Assembly: GCA_002633005.1 (NCBI GenBank)
Contig: NMRA01000108.1
Coordinates: 229,006 to 293,005 of the forward strand
Direction: 5' to 3'
DNA from: Phoronis australis
Lineage: Eukaryota > Animalia > Phoronida
Length of the DNA: 64,000 bases
Shown here: positions 1 to 12,485 of the stretch, in pieces
Position numbering within the stretch: the first letter of the stretch is position 1
Layout of the letters: each line of letters begins with the position of its first letter
Made by a program: the position numbers and the translations under genes
The notes under the pieces: generated by a model
The model's database searches: none
What the model was told of the DNA's origin: nothing
The model's input: only the letters and a program-made list of their open reading frames with translations

Positions 1-984
1 GTGAATTTCCAAATAAATTCCACACAAAAATATTTACTTTTTGGTCTGTACAAAATGATCCATTTTAGCACCAAAACCACTGAAGGTTTCATATGCAACT
101 GAGGTTTGTTGTTTTAAAAAGAATACAGCCCAGAGAGCTTTTTGCTGAAATTCAATTCCCTGTAAATAATAACTTTGCATAGCTATGTTATCAGAAAAGT
201 TCATTCTTCCATTGAGGCTCTCATCAAAATGGGTCAGTTTTAATCACTGTGCCAACTCAAAAAAGGGTGAGGTTTTATCTTGCTGACTATACAAAAGAGT
301 GTGTTTAATCCTAATTTCACAGCAACAAACACCCTCCGAAATAATTGAATACTCTGTACGACTGTAGGATGGCAGCCAGAGACAGAGGCACTGCATGCTG
401 AATGGCACCGACAAAAGCGCTGTCAGTCATAAAACTATTGCTAGACTGGTTAATGTTTGAGTGTTTAGGACCATTGACTGTATTTTTATGCTCCTAACTT
501 CTGTGAGTAGTGACAAGTGTGCCAGTGTACTATACATTACAATGACAATGTCAATGTCAATGTCATGAATAGCAGTATTTCAGCACATATCCTTATCTGA
601 CCCAATAATTCAACCTTCACAGTAATCACGGGAGCTTACATAACATGTTAACATACGAGAGGGTGTGCCCTGAAAAGATCGAGGCAATCTCCCGTGGCCA
701 CGACGCACTTAGCTACTCTTTTCCCGCTATTCGGTGCTATAGTGTGCCTAAAATGACTGTTGAGTGTTGTTGTGAACGGCCTAATCTCCTAATCAGCTTA
801 ACTCGAACCACAATTTATTTCGTAAAAAATCACATCACTTCAGAATACAGCATAGTACACAAGATAATAATTATCATTAAATTTTCGTATACATTACTGC
901 TGATGTATTCCATGACTCGTTAGCTCTGAAATGCGGGAGTTTGACGATAACAGAGAGATTTAAACAGCTATAAATCCATCGACA

Positions 985-1090
985 ATCTTCCCGTACTGGA
1001 AGTCGCCATGTTGGTGAACTAGTTTGACCTATTATTCAACTGACCAATAGAATGCCTTGTTTCTTGAAATCGGAACAGCCAATGATATTC
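985..1090 (-). promoter_or_regulatory. Putative Pol II promoter / 5' end of a gene running leftwards out of the window
   Basis: YY1-like AACATGGCG on the minus strand (~1004-1012) next to two CCAAT boxes (~1044, ~1079). No coding exon could be assigned. Confidence 0.3.
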
Positions 1091-1160
1091 CAAAAATACA
1101 GATGGAAAAGTGCGCTGTAGCAGACCCCAACCAACCTCGAGGGTCTGTGTAGGAGACTAG

Positions 1161-2088
1161 TAAGATACAAGGATAGAGTTCAGTAGCAGTCTCGCGGCTA
1201 GAAACATTTAGCCAAAATCACGTGTTCTCGTTTAAATACACTGCAATATCTCGCGTAATCTAGCGTGGTTTTTCAGCGAGGTCCTAACGTTTCTGAACTC
1301 CACCAAGTGTTGGAAAAGTAGAAACCAAGCCCTTCAGTCGTATGTCTAGGATTTAGAAAGATCTTGGTTAGGCTAAAAAGGCATAATTCATGTAGGCTCT
1401 AGTCTGCGTTTTTTTTTGAGAATTTGATACGGTGGTGCGGTATGCATATAGTTTTACTTTTTTAGAAGTCATAAAATATCCTTTAAAGGGATGCGCGATT
1501 GTCTCCAGCCTCAACGATCCAGTGACTCGGTGGTACTCTGATCGACTGGGGTGATTTTACTCATGGGCTTTGGGGAACTGGCCGCGACCCAATAACCGCA
1601 CACCTTTCAACTAAGAAACAGGTGATTCGTGTTAAGTTGCCTTGCGATGTTGTGACATACGTTTGTGTCGCTTTTGGATACAAAAATTGCAACAACCGTT
1701 GGGTTTGGGCGTTGTTTTTGTTTAAACAATGAGGCGCACTTTTCCAAAAGGTTTAGACGCATACCAGAACCACTTATTCTAATTGCCTTGATTTTGTATA
1801 TATTTTAGGTACGATTACATTTGCAGCCTGAGCTGGTTGTGCAGTATCCGCCCGGATAGCCTGCTCTATGGCAACGTACATTGCAAAAGACTGGACTGCA
1901 GTCTTTGCAGTGCACCTGAAATTGCGGGCATTATTCACTTGTAATGTTCAAATGCACTTCATTCCATACAGCTCTAGCCCTGGAAGCCAACTCCGATGTC
2001 GCGGCCGCTGAGTTTGCGCCGCGCATTCTTGAGAGTTCTTTGCATTCGTTTGTTTGTGTACTTGCTATGGAATTTACTGTCATCAAAA
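1161..2088 (-). repeat. Duplicated block, copy A (paralog of 25321-26135), carrying a defensin-like exon
   Basis: Colinear similarity with 25321-26135 from TAAGATACnAGGATAGAGTTCAGTAGCAGTCTCGCGGCTA to GTACTTGCTATGGAATTTACTG. Confidence 0.9.
1805..1915 (-). pseudogene. CSalpha-beta defensin-like terminal exon A (VHCKDCSPVFCNVRCHRAGYPGGYCTTSSGCKCNRT*), probably frameshifted relative to copy B
   Basis: Acceptor aatttcag|GTG at 1916/1915. Cys pattern C-x4-C-x3-C-x9-C-x5-C-x-C with GxC gamma core, then TAA at 1807-1805. An 11-nt deletion versus copy B removes the RIRR site and changes the entry phase. The upstream signal exon was not found. Confidence 0.7.
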
Positions 2089-2359
2089 CTTTATGCAGGA
2101 CCACCAAATCATTAGAAGGCCCTTTGTGAGTCCTTGATGATTATTCCAGAAGCAAAAGATAAATAACTCAATTCACAAGTATTATCATTTCGCATACCTG
2201 ACTAGTTTAAAAGCACTTTTTTATTTTTAAAAACAAAAAGTGTTACCATGCGAAACTAAGTGCGTGTGATAGTAACATAAAAAAGATGTTCCAACTTCAG
2301 CAGGTTTTGATGTCTCAAACATCATCACCAGGACAAACAATTAGGGCCATCTAACAATA

Positions 2360-2715
2360 TTGACCCAAATGTTATTTAGCACGGGTTTTAAGATGGCGAT
2401 TAGTTTGTTCAGTTCTAAGGATAAAACTCCTTTTGGTCTTAGTCCTGGGTAGCGTATAAATTTGTTTGTGCTGGTTGTGGTTCCAGCTACATTGGTGAAA
2501 CTACTCGCTAACTTAAAACCCGGGCTAAAGAACATTTAGGTACTGACAATAGTTCTCACATTAATGACCACTTGCAGAGATGCAGACACTGTAAAGGCGA
2601 GTCGACATTCAACAAATGATTTGGTATTCTGGATCAGAGTGAAACAACAAAGGAACTTAAAATTCGTGTGTTAATTTACATTAGGTAGCTCAAGCCTGAA
2701 AAAATAAGCAGCTCT
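2360..2715 (+). mobile_element. Penelope-like retroelement remnant (GIY-YIG endonuclease region)
   Basis: Manual translation: FSSKDKTP...YKFVCAGCGSSYIGETTR*LKTRAKEHLGTDNSSHINDHLQRCRHC. This matches the Penelope YKF.C..C...YIG.T.R.L..R..EH motif and is disrupted by stops. Confidence 0.85.
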
Positions 2716-2733
2716 CACCCAGCACGCTGTCAC

Positions 2734-2865
2734 TAGTGCTGTACTTGGGCGTAGGCGCAGACAACCACATTTTGGCAATTAATCATAGCGCCTACACGCC
2801 GTAAGTTACGTTATAATGGGGCGAAGGCGCAGCCAACCATCTTTTTACATCTTAACGTAGCCCCA
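2734..2865. repeat. Fragment of a small MITE also present at 42895-43044
   Basis: GCGTAGGCGCAGnCAACCAC...TAGCGCCTAC...CCGTAAGTTACGTT is the reverse complement of 42961-43025. Confidence 0.7.
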
Positions 2866-3440
2866 TTAAACACGACTGAGAACATGTAATAATCTATTTA
2901 TACCACATACTAAACGAGAAACATTGCAATGAATCGATCTACCTTTCTCGACTCGCCTCGGCTTTGTAACTACTTTCTATGTCAGAGGCCGGGGTCGGAG
3001 GTCGTGACCTTTTAAGAAAAGCCGAGCTATTTTTGTCAAATAATGCTTATTCTCAAAACCAATTGGAAATTAAAACAAAATAGAAATGAAGTGAATCTCT
3101 AAATTAAGATTAAGCGACTATTATAGCTTAAAACACGTTTTTTACACGCTAAGCTTCGACCGGGAAATTATCGTCTGCTAAGGTAGGTTACCACTGGTAA
3201 CTGAATAAAATTCTTAAGTCAAAGATCCTGACGACACGATACCCGCATTCAAACTGGAGATCGGTGATTTACAAGTAAGAGGACATGAGAGAAAAATTTC
3301 ACTGAATTAATATCTCATTTTTATGGAAATTATGTGTCTTATTTTTCGTAGCGTATAAGTACAGTACAATGCGGTTTGTTGAACGTGCGATTATTGCGCG
3401 TGCTCATTTAAATATTCTATTTTCACACTTGATGACGTCA

Positions 3441-3515
3441 GTCGCTGAGTGGTGTAGTGGTTAAAGTCGGCGACCAGCAATATTAGGGTCCCGGTTTCGA
3501 CCCCGTCCTCGGTTT
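3441..3515 (+). other. tRNA-derived Pol III cassette inside arm 1 (not a functional tRNA)
   Basis: A box TGGTGTAGTGG and B-box-like GGTTTCGACCCC with tRNA spacing; the acceptor stem does not pair. Confidence 0.6.
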
Positions 3516-4301
3516 CCCGCCAAATCGTTATCTCACTTTATGGGTTATTACACGGTTGTATCTGCCATTTGACGCTAATATTGTGGTATAAATATAGATT
3601 ATTACATGGCGAAGTCATTATCCCCCGTTATCTAGAGCCCGAGTGAATTTTGGAGAATTATCGCCCGAGGGGCGTCAGCCCCGAGGGTGATAATTCTGCA
3701 AAATCCACGAGGGCTCTAGATAAGGGGGATAACGACTGAGAACATGTAATAATCTATTTATACCACATACTAAACGAGAAACATTGCAATGAATCTATCT
3801 ACCTTTCTCGACTCGCCTCGGCATTGTAACTACTTTCTATGTCAGAGGACCGGGGTCGGAGGTCGTGACCTTTTAAGAAAAGCCGAGCTATTTTTGTCAA
3901 ATAATGCTTATACTCAAAACCAATTAGAAATTTAAACAAAATAGAAATGAAGTGAATCTCTAAATTTAGGTTAAGCAACTATTATAGCTTAAAACACGTT
4001 TTTTACACGCTAAGCTTCGACCGGGAAATTATCGTCTGCTAAAGTAGGTTACCACTGGTAACTGAATATAATTCTCAAGTCAAAGATCCTGACGACACGA
4101 TACCCGCATTCAAACTGGAGATCGGTGATTTACAAGTAAGAGGACATGAGAGAAAAATTTCACTGAATTAAGATATCATTTTTATGGAAATTATGTGTCT
4201 TATTTTTCGTAGCGTATAAGTACAGTACAATGCGGTTTGTTGAACGTGCGATTATTGCGCGTGCTCATTTAAGTATTCTATTTTCACTCTTGATGACGTC
4301 A

Positions 4302-4376
4302 GTCGCTGCGTGGTGTAGTGGTTAAGTCGGCGACCTCCAAACTCTAGGGTCCCGGGTTCGACTCCGTCCTCGGTTT
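4302..4376 (+). other. tRNA-derived Pol III cassette inside arm 2
   Basis: A box TGGTGTAGTGG and B box GGTTCGACTCC. Confidence 0.65.
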
Positions 4377-5700
4377 CCCGCCAAATCGTTATCTCACTAG
4401 TGAGATAACTTTATGGGTTATTACACGGTTTTATCTGCCATTTGACGCTAATATTGTGGTATAAATCATCGTATTCGTATTAAAAACATAATGCACACTG
4501 CAAGCGATGCAATATTTTTGCCTTTAGACGCAAATACATTTGAGCTTTTTATTGATCATACAGTAGGCCAATCGAATTTCGAGTCACCGTGACATCCCGT
4601 GCAGTCTGCACAAGTTGAATAGTCATGTAGTGCTCTATTTTTCCCAAACATATGTCTGGACGGAAGCAATCAGTGTGCCCAGTGTTTCCATCCTTTCATT
4701 TGACGGTGGTGCATCGTTTCAAAAGAGGGGGTGCCTTGTCATTTCCCCCACTATCGCGCAGTCAATACCTGATTTCTTGTTTCGACCTCTACACTGGTGT
4801 TCGGAGTACTGATTTCTTCCTGCTCATATGCAGGAAAAGTTGCCAAACCAGTATTTGGACCCAGTACATTCTAAACCAACCATAACACCACAAACTAACA
4901 TACTTTTTCGTCGCACCGTGCATGTCCCTGGCAGGCTTTTGCCGCTGCACTGCCATGAGTCCATGAAAAGACGTGTGGTCCCTGGAACTAAAAACAGCAA
5001 CAGAGGAAATGCTGCAGTGCGAAAACCGCCAAATGTAAAGCAAGAAACGCATAACAAGAGAACGCGCCAGAGCACAGAACAAGCAAGAAGAACGAAAATG
5101 GAGGATAGATAACCTAATACAAAAATGAGGCATTTGGACAATGGACGAGAAAACGGGGAGTTCGAGAAAAGGAGGGGGTGGGATTAAAAAGTGGAGTACG
5201 GAATTTAAATTGATTAAAATCGAGTGATGATATTACCTCGGAGTTAGGATCGAGGACACAAAATTAAAATTCACCAATGGATCAAAATAAAATTTCCACG
5301 CCCTTCGCTATCATTACATCTTAAAGTTCTGAGCTCAAGATGAAACACTGGGTGTTAGCAATTATAATTGCAAAATGTAATATCAACAAAAGATCTGAGA
5401 GGAATCTGTCAACAAACGAATAGTCAACATATCAGATAGCATCGAGTAACTCGAGATAGGCGAGTGGGAGAAACAAATCGATGGCATACCCCCTCCCCCC
5501 AAAAGAAAGCCCTCTAAGGAGTGACACTTAGCGAAATCGACTGAAAAGGGGAGTGTGATGACGAAGATAGCGACACCGTAGATGACAACGTCCATGTCAG
5601 CATAAAAATATAGAGGAGGCCACGATATCGCCGTCATCACTGTCAAAGATTAACATACTAGACTATACTCGCAGAAAACTCTTCAAAAACATAGTCGAAT

Positions 5701-5746
5701 ACAACACTGAAGACAACACTGAAGACAACACTGAAGACAACACTGA
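5701..5746. repeat. 12-bp minisatellite (ACAACACTGAAG) x ~4
   Basis: Directly visible tandem copies. Confidence 0.9.
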
Positions 5747-7235
5747 GGCACTCAAAATAAGTACGAAGCCGAAAATATTGACGAAGTAGGTGAAAGGAAA
5801 CCACCGCCAAAACCGACGACGCTAGCAACACAAACGCCGCTTATACTCATGGTAAGACGCCCATGGTAATGGTAAGTCGTGAAGACAAACCGATGACACA
5901 TTCCAAATAACCCTAGACGTGATACATGTACATCTACCTATTAAATATCGGGAGAATCATACATTTGCACAATCGAACATAAGTTGCGTCTTTCTATGGA
6001 GGTCAATCGACAAGAAAGTGGGTATTGATCAGTCAACAAACGAAATGCCGCCACATTTCAAATAATTCGAAATCGTTAAATCGATGTGACAAACGTTGCA
6101 CACGTTCATGATAGCCGTTGGTGAGATCTATTCATATATCAAGTTTCAAAAAGATCCGTTACGAGACAGTGGAGCTGCATCTCCGCAAAGTAAAAAACGC
6201 CCTCATGCACCCTATTTCAAGCAAAATGAGTCAACCTTGGGGTATGGATGAGAAACGTCGTGTGTAAAATTCATATTTAATCTTATAAGAAAGGTGACCT
6301 GTAATGGTCATATTTGTCAATTTTCTATTTCGTGTCATTTTTCATAATAAAACGTCTCAAAATCCGAAAGGAAGAAAATTTATCAGCGTTCACTTACAAC
6401 GAAGTGAACTATTGCTTACAGACCAATTTTTGTAATGTTTGTTCAAGCCATTCCGAAAGTCAAATGTAAAATAATAATTGGGGCTGTAGGCACCATCTTG
6501 AATATAAAGTTTACCTGAAACTCGACACTTTTGTATAGTCATCATAAACGCATAACACATCCATTGCATGCATATTGCGATCCCTGTTGGAGAAAACGTG
6601 TTCTGGACACGAAATAAGGTATTTCAATAAAAATGTCGTTCTATCCACCATATTGAAAGGAAAGGGTTTGAAATTTCAGTTATAAGTACAACATGCCATC
6701 TGATATATACTGTACGTGGCGATTTTGAACGCAGTATAATGAAAAATGTGGATTTTAGAAGTTCCTGTGCAATTTTGAAAACAAAATGGCCGCAATGTTC
6801 GCCACAATGAATCTGATTATGAAGGAAAACAATAGGCATCGAGGACTTTACACGTTTTGTAAATTTCATGTCGAACAGACGACGAAAAATGCGACCTGTA
6901 TACTCCAAACAAACAAATTCAATTCACGTCAGAGTAATATACTTCTCATTTAAAAGTTCGTTTCATCAAGCAATTAATATATATCTACACAAAACATGAA
7001 CAAAATCCAGCGCATCACCATGTTGAAATGTAGAAAACTGAAGTTGACAGACGTCAATGAAGTTATTTTGTTGGTTACAGAGTACCTAAAGGTTCTGCTG
7101 CGTATATTCCCGAAGATCACAGCATATCCTGACAACCATTTGTTTAACCTACACATGTACATTATTATAGCGTACCGTCATGAAGATTTTTTGTTTTTTC
7201 GATAATTTCGTTTCTATTTTGTTTTCTAGGTAACC

Positions 7236-7294
7236 ATGAAGAACGTTGCGTTTTTTTTCGCTCTATTGATAATCATGACTGCCATAACTGCAAC
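7236..7294 (+). CDS. Candidate signal-peptide exon (MKNVAFFFALLIIMTAITA) of a small secreted protein
   Basis: Strong acceptor tttgttttctag (7229), Kozak-like ACCATGA, K-hydrophobic core-AxA pattern and donor AC|GTGAGT (phase 2). Downstream exons are unresolved. Confidence 0.5.
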
Positions 7295-8476
7295 GTGAGT
7301 ATCTACTGCGTATTATATAAAACGCGTTGAATCTGTGGAGGGAAATACGGCCACGTAATAATGTTTTCCGTATTCCCCTCCCGCAGTACTTCAATAGCGA
7401 CCTCTGACGTGGAAAGTTCAAAGGGTAGGTCAATGTCGACTCGACGTTGATAGCCGGTTCGATCATCACACATTCGGAAAATAGTTTAAAGTAATGCAAC
7501 TGCAACAATGTGAGTAACACTAAACATGCAATTAGGTCTCAATCGTAACATCCGGAACAGGACTGTTATAGCTCTGTCTCACCTTCCAATTGCTAAATAT
7601 TATGTCGTCTGCAACTCAGTCGCCGATTCTTCGGTAACTACAATATGAAATAATGTTGTTATTTAGCTTATTTTCAGGAGATGTTACAAGTTCAATGCAC
7701 GGTTATCGTTGCTTTCATCTTTGTTATCTCTTTTCAAGTAATGTTTCTTTTACTAAAGAAAACTTGCAACCTAACGCGCAAGTACATACATAGAGGTTGT
7801 GATCCGCCACTTGAACAGTCTGAGCGAAGCATTTGAAAAATCTGGCGAAAAAAATGAAGGAACTGAGGAATTTGATGCGTATCATTTTCACGAAAGACGT
7901 TGATCTAGTCGGTTGGCGACTAGTCTTTCACATATGGCACATCACATTTACAAAATACCGCGAAAAACGGGTAATGAGGCTGGATCTCGAGAGATCATAT
8001 CGGTTCGTATCCGCGCCAAATAAACCGCAAAAAACGTTTCGTCATTGTTGTAATTTGAATGAGTTTTGTAGCAGTTAGTTCTTAAAAATGGTAATTTTAA
8101 TCCTTGTAGATGAGAAAATCTGTATTTGTCGACTCGTTTATGTATCAAAATAAAGACTTATCTCCCTTGTCATGCATACTCGGGGAATTCTCTGTCAATG
8201 GAATCCCCTAGTATAGAATCGCCACGAATGCGGACGATGTTGGAGTACCTGTAGTATTAATTGAAGCAACTTTAAAACGAAAAACATCATTGAAACGGTT
8301 TAGTTATCACTAAGTGAACATAAAACGTTCACTGTGCGATTAAAATAAAACTAGTAGAAGAAGCACAGTTGACAGGTCAACTAATTGCGCTTTGACGTTC
8401 CCACACTGAACTGAAATTTGTTTGCTTATTAGCCCTGTAGTTCACCAAACTTTAGTAGATCTTTGCCGTGCACTAA

Positions 8477-8684
8477 CAGTGGCGGATATAGGATACCATA
8501 AGGGGGGCCCCAACATGTTGCCTCGGAGAATTGGGCAAAGCGCGATTGTATGCACAGCCGCCCCGAAAGTTACGGGGGCCGGCGATGGGACCTGGTGTTC
8601 CCCCCCCCCCCAAAAAAAACGGCAACCCGATTCCGCCGCGCTCCGGGGCTTCCTGTTCCTTGTTGGTGAACTCCATATTTCTTC
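8477..8684. mobile_element. MITE (CAGTGGCGGAT family), truncated by the gap; related copy at 38599-38916
   Basis: Shares CAACATGTTGCCTCGGAGAATTGGGCAAAGCGCGATTGTATGC and the terminus with the 38599 copy. Confidence 0.8.
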
Positions 8685-9494
8685 NNNNNNNNNNNNNNNN
8701 NNNNNNNNNNNNNNNNNNNNNNNNNNNNNNNNNNNNNNNNNNNNNNNNNNNNNNNNNNNNNNNNNNNNNNNNNNNNNNNNNNNNNNNNNNNNNNNNNNNN
8801 NNNNNNNNNNNNNNNNNNNNNNNNNNNNNNNNNNNNNNNNNNNNNNNNNNNNNNNNNNNNNNNNNNNNNNNNNNNNNNNNNNNNNNNNNNNNNNNNNNNN
8901 NNNNNNNNNNNNNNNNNNNNNNNNNNNNNNNNNNNNNNNNNNNNNNNNNNNNNNNNNNNNNNNNNNNNNNNNNNNNNNNNNNNNNNNNNNNNNNNNNNNN
9001 NNNNNNNNNNNNNNNNNNNNNNNNNNNNNNNNNNNNNNNNNNNNNNNNNNNNNNNNNNNNNNNNNNNNNNNNNNNNNNNNNNNNNNNNNNNNNNNNNNNN
9101 NNNNNNNNNNNNNNNNNNNNNNNNNNNNNNNNNNNNNNNNNNNNNNNNNNNNNNNNNNNNNNNNNNNNNNNNNNNNNNNNNNNNNNNNNNNNNNNNNNNN
9201 NNNNNNNNNNNNNNNNNNNNNNNNNNNNNNNNNNNNNNNNNNNNNNNNNNNNNNNNNNNNNNNNNNNNNNNNNNNNNNNNNNNNNNNNNNNNNNNNNNNN
9301 NNNNNNNNNNNNNNNNNNNNNNNNNNNNNNNNNNNNNNNNNNNNNNNNNNNNNNNNNNNNNNNNNNNNNNNNNNNNNNNNNNNNNNNNNNNNNNNNNNNN
9401 NNNNNNNNNNNNNNNNNNNNNNNNNNNNNNNNNNNNNNNNNNNNNNNNNNNNNNNNNNNNNNNNNNNNNNNNNNNNNNNNNNNNNNNNNNNNNN
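8685..9494. other. Assembly gap (N run)
   Basis: Run of N bases. Confidence 1.

Positions 9495-9533
<39 letters not shown>
9495..9533. repeat. (CA)n microsatellite
   Basis: Directly visible; abuts the gap. Confidence 0.97.
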
Positions 9534-9538
<5 letters not shown>

Positions 9539-12485
9539 ACACATATTTCTTGTGAAAAAACACTCATAGCTTAAATATCAGACAGTCCCTCAAGATTTTT
9601 AAATCGAAAGCATTATGTCATGACTCTTTAACCACACGGGTACTGCCACTATTATCTGCTTCAGAGTCACTAACTGAAATGGACTATTGACATTTGTTGT
9701 CATTTACGATTTCTACATTTCATCATTGACATTTTTAAAGCTGGTGTAAACTACCACACCATCACTAAAGATCAAAAACTAAACAATAAATTGTCATCAG
9801 TTTTACAACCTTTTTTTCTTAAAGCAGATCCTCTTATAAACAAGAACAACCATCCATCAGTTTTACAGTTAACTACACACTGAATTTCAAAAATTGATTA
9901 CGCAGAAATTCTCTAGTTTGGGACAGTGTTTAATTATATTGATCAAAGTCGGAGCTTGTCCCAATTTTTAGAAATTCACACAATTGTCTGTCAGAAATTC
10001 AAGGGGAATGGCCACAATTTATTAAATGTTTGTCATGAGAGTCACTTTTTATGAACTTACAGGAGTATTCTTGAAACCTGTTATGCTACAACATAGCGTT
10101 AGGAATTTGAAAAGTACGAAAATATACAAATCACTCACGCCTCAAACTTCAGGATGAAAAAATTAAATTTCAGCCATGATTTTTGTGTTCTGAATTTAGG
10201 AGGCTGTCTCAATCTGGAGAATTTTTAATGTCATATATCACCGATCTCATTAATATCATCAACTATGTCACCTTTGCTAAAAATAAATGTTAAAAACAAT
10301 TATAAGCTATAAATGTGAGCCATCCGAAAAATGTTCAAACATACATCATTGCCCGCGTGATGACGAATGCACTAAGCAGTCAATAGCCTCTGTATAGCAC
10401 AGAGTTGAGGGTTTTTGGCAAACATCTACATGTATCCCATACATTATGGCTACAGTGAATTCATTCTTAGTCATATCCGATATATGCAGTGAATGACACA
10501 TAGTAACAGAAGTGATAGCCCATGTGTCATCCAGTTTCCTCATGGGAAGGCTAAGTTCAAATTTTTCTGAAGTCTTGCAAAGATCATCCAAACATGTAGT
10601 GATTTTAAACAACAGTTTCTGATCAAGTTGCTCAGTTGAATCTTTAGACATGTTTGACAGGAAAGGGTTGGATTGTTGATAATCCTCAGATACTGAATAC
10701 CCATGGTCAACTAACTCTTTGCTCCTGTTGGATTCTTAGAAACAGATGGCGAATCAGTCCATTAGTACATGTTTCTGTCTATCTTTAGACTGAGCAATGA
10801 GATTGCTGACATCCATTCGTGCTGATTTCTGCATCTCAGTGTGTGAGTTTTGAACAAAACGAAATGCCCATTAGAGACGGTGGTCACTGTCTAATCCACT
10901 AAATAATAGGAATGTTATTCAGTTGTTACATTGGCATCAAGTTTTTTCGACCATGCCCTTTTCCTGTTGTTCGTTTCCCATTTTTTCCCAACAACACGTG
11001 TATTCGCGTGGTCAAGTCTAGACATTTTCTGTCACTGACACTGGCACTGGTCTGGTGTGTTCCATCTGGCTAACAATAACAGTCTGACTCTGTGAGGTAT
11101 AACTAGTGAATCTGCACTGAAATTATTACAACATGTTGATAGCGTCATTCTCAAAACCAGGAAACATTATATCCGACTTGTTTCCAAAGTAGTAAGGTGT
11201 GATAAAACTGAACTCTGAAGTCGAAGTCCAAGCGGCCAGTCACACAGTGATGTGTCGAAAGTCACCAATTAACCTTCAATTCAGACCCCTTTTAACTCAC
11301 TCTTTATGCAAATACAACCGTAGAGGCGTACGTGACTGGCCCCGGTTAGATTCCCGGTTCGGAGATTAATCTGAGTCGGCATTTACAACAGTTTTTCAGT
11401 AACATTTACATTAAGAAACGCGATAGGCCTACTGCCTAACACGGAAATCGCGAGCCACCGTGTTTACAAAAGCGCCGTCTACCGAGCAAAAGGATAGAAG
11501 TGAACTACTTTCGCGCAGGCAAATGTACTCCATATGAGTAACATAATACACGCAGTGTTGGCTTACGTAGTAAATGGATGCGTATGGAATAAATACAAAA
11601 CGTACCTCGATTGGTCAATACGCGGAATAATGTCTCGTGAGATATTACTTCATCAACGCCACTATCGGTACATTCTGTGTAATTATATAATACGACGAGA
11701 CCGTGTGCAGGACCTTATTACATTCTTCCATTTTTAGTCGCCCCGATTCTACGAACGGTTACCAAGCGCACCTCTGTACGTGCTCATTTTCTAAAAACGA
11801 CGTTTTTGGTGAAATCATTCGACCGTTATTTTTGCTGTAACGTCACCTAAAACACTCCATGTATTTTCGTAGCCTGAGATTATCTCTCGTAGGCGTATCA
11901 CATTTGCAAAATAATTTGTTCAAGAGACGGCTATAGTCATGGCTTCAGCAATTGCACATCTCCAACTCGTACGAGATGTCCCTCTCAATCTTTAATAATT
12001 CTCTTTAGTAATTTTTTATAGCTAGGTGTTGTTTTTGTGTGTTATCACAAGGGTATCTCGGTGCATTCGACGGCATTCTGCATTATAGCAGGCCAGTGTA
12101 ACCTACACATTCTACATTTTGTTTGTATTATTGCTTCCTGTGATGCACAGATACGTAACAAGTCCGAAGGATAATTTGAGGCTAAGAAAATGATATCCAA
12201 CGAATTCCGGATGCAGTCACACCCGACCTTTGTATTTGGATAACCTCGAATAGTTTCAGAACAGGTGAACGTTGTATGTGCATATGTAAATCTCGGTCAT
12301 CCGGAAAATCTTGTGAATTTCAAATTGGTGAGCAATTAAGCTGTTTGACTTAAAATCCCACAAGCACAACCTGTACTGCCACGAGGAAATTTGAGGCTAG
12401 GAGTAAAATACCCGAGGTACGAGCTCGTCTCATCAATGAGATATAACCTAAGTGGTTAATTTAACTTATTTGTTTCATCGACTAC

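Larger units (their letters stand above)
2872..4465 (+). repeat. Head-to-tail tandem (period 860 bp) of a hairpin + TIR-arm non-autonomous element
   Basis: Arms 2897-3592 and 3757-4465 are near identical, each bounded by TTTATACCACA...TGTGGTATAAA. They are separated by a ~165-bp imperfect palindrome (3594-3757). Confidence 0.92.

Noticed and set aside
3441-4376. Functional tRNA genes
   Set aside because: A/B boxes are present, but the acceptor stems do not pair, the anticodon arms differ between copies and the cassettes lie inside a repeat.
8422-9574. Five long ORFs in the ORF track
   Set aside because: Artefacts of translating through the N gap, a MITE and a (CA)n repeat.
10346-11290. Coding-like minus-strand stretch
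   Set aside because: Multiple stops in the frames examined and no recognisable domain; cannot be assigned without a search.
11870-11990. Possible third defensin-like remnant (minus strand CNC*...FCKC)
   Set aside because: Cys spacing is incomplete, there is an internal stop, and there is no similarity to the conserved flanks of blocks A and B.
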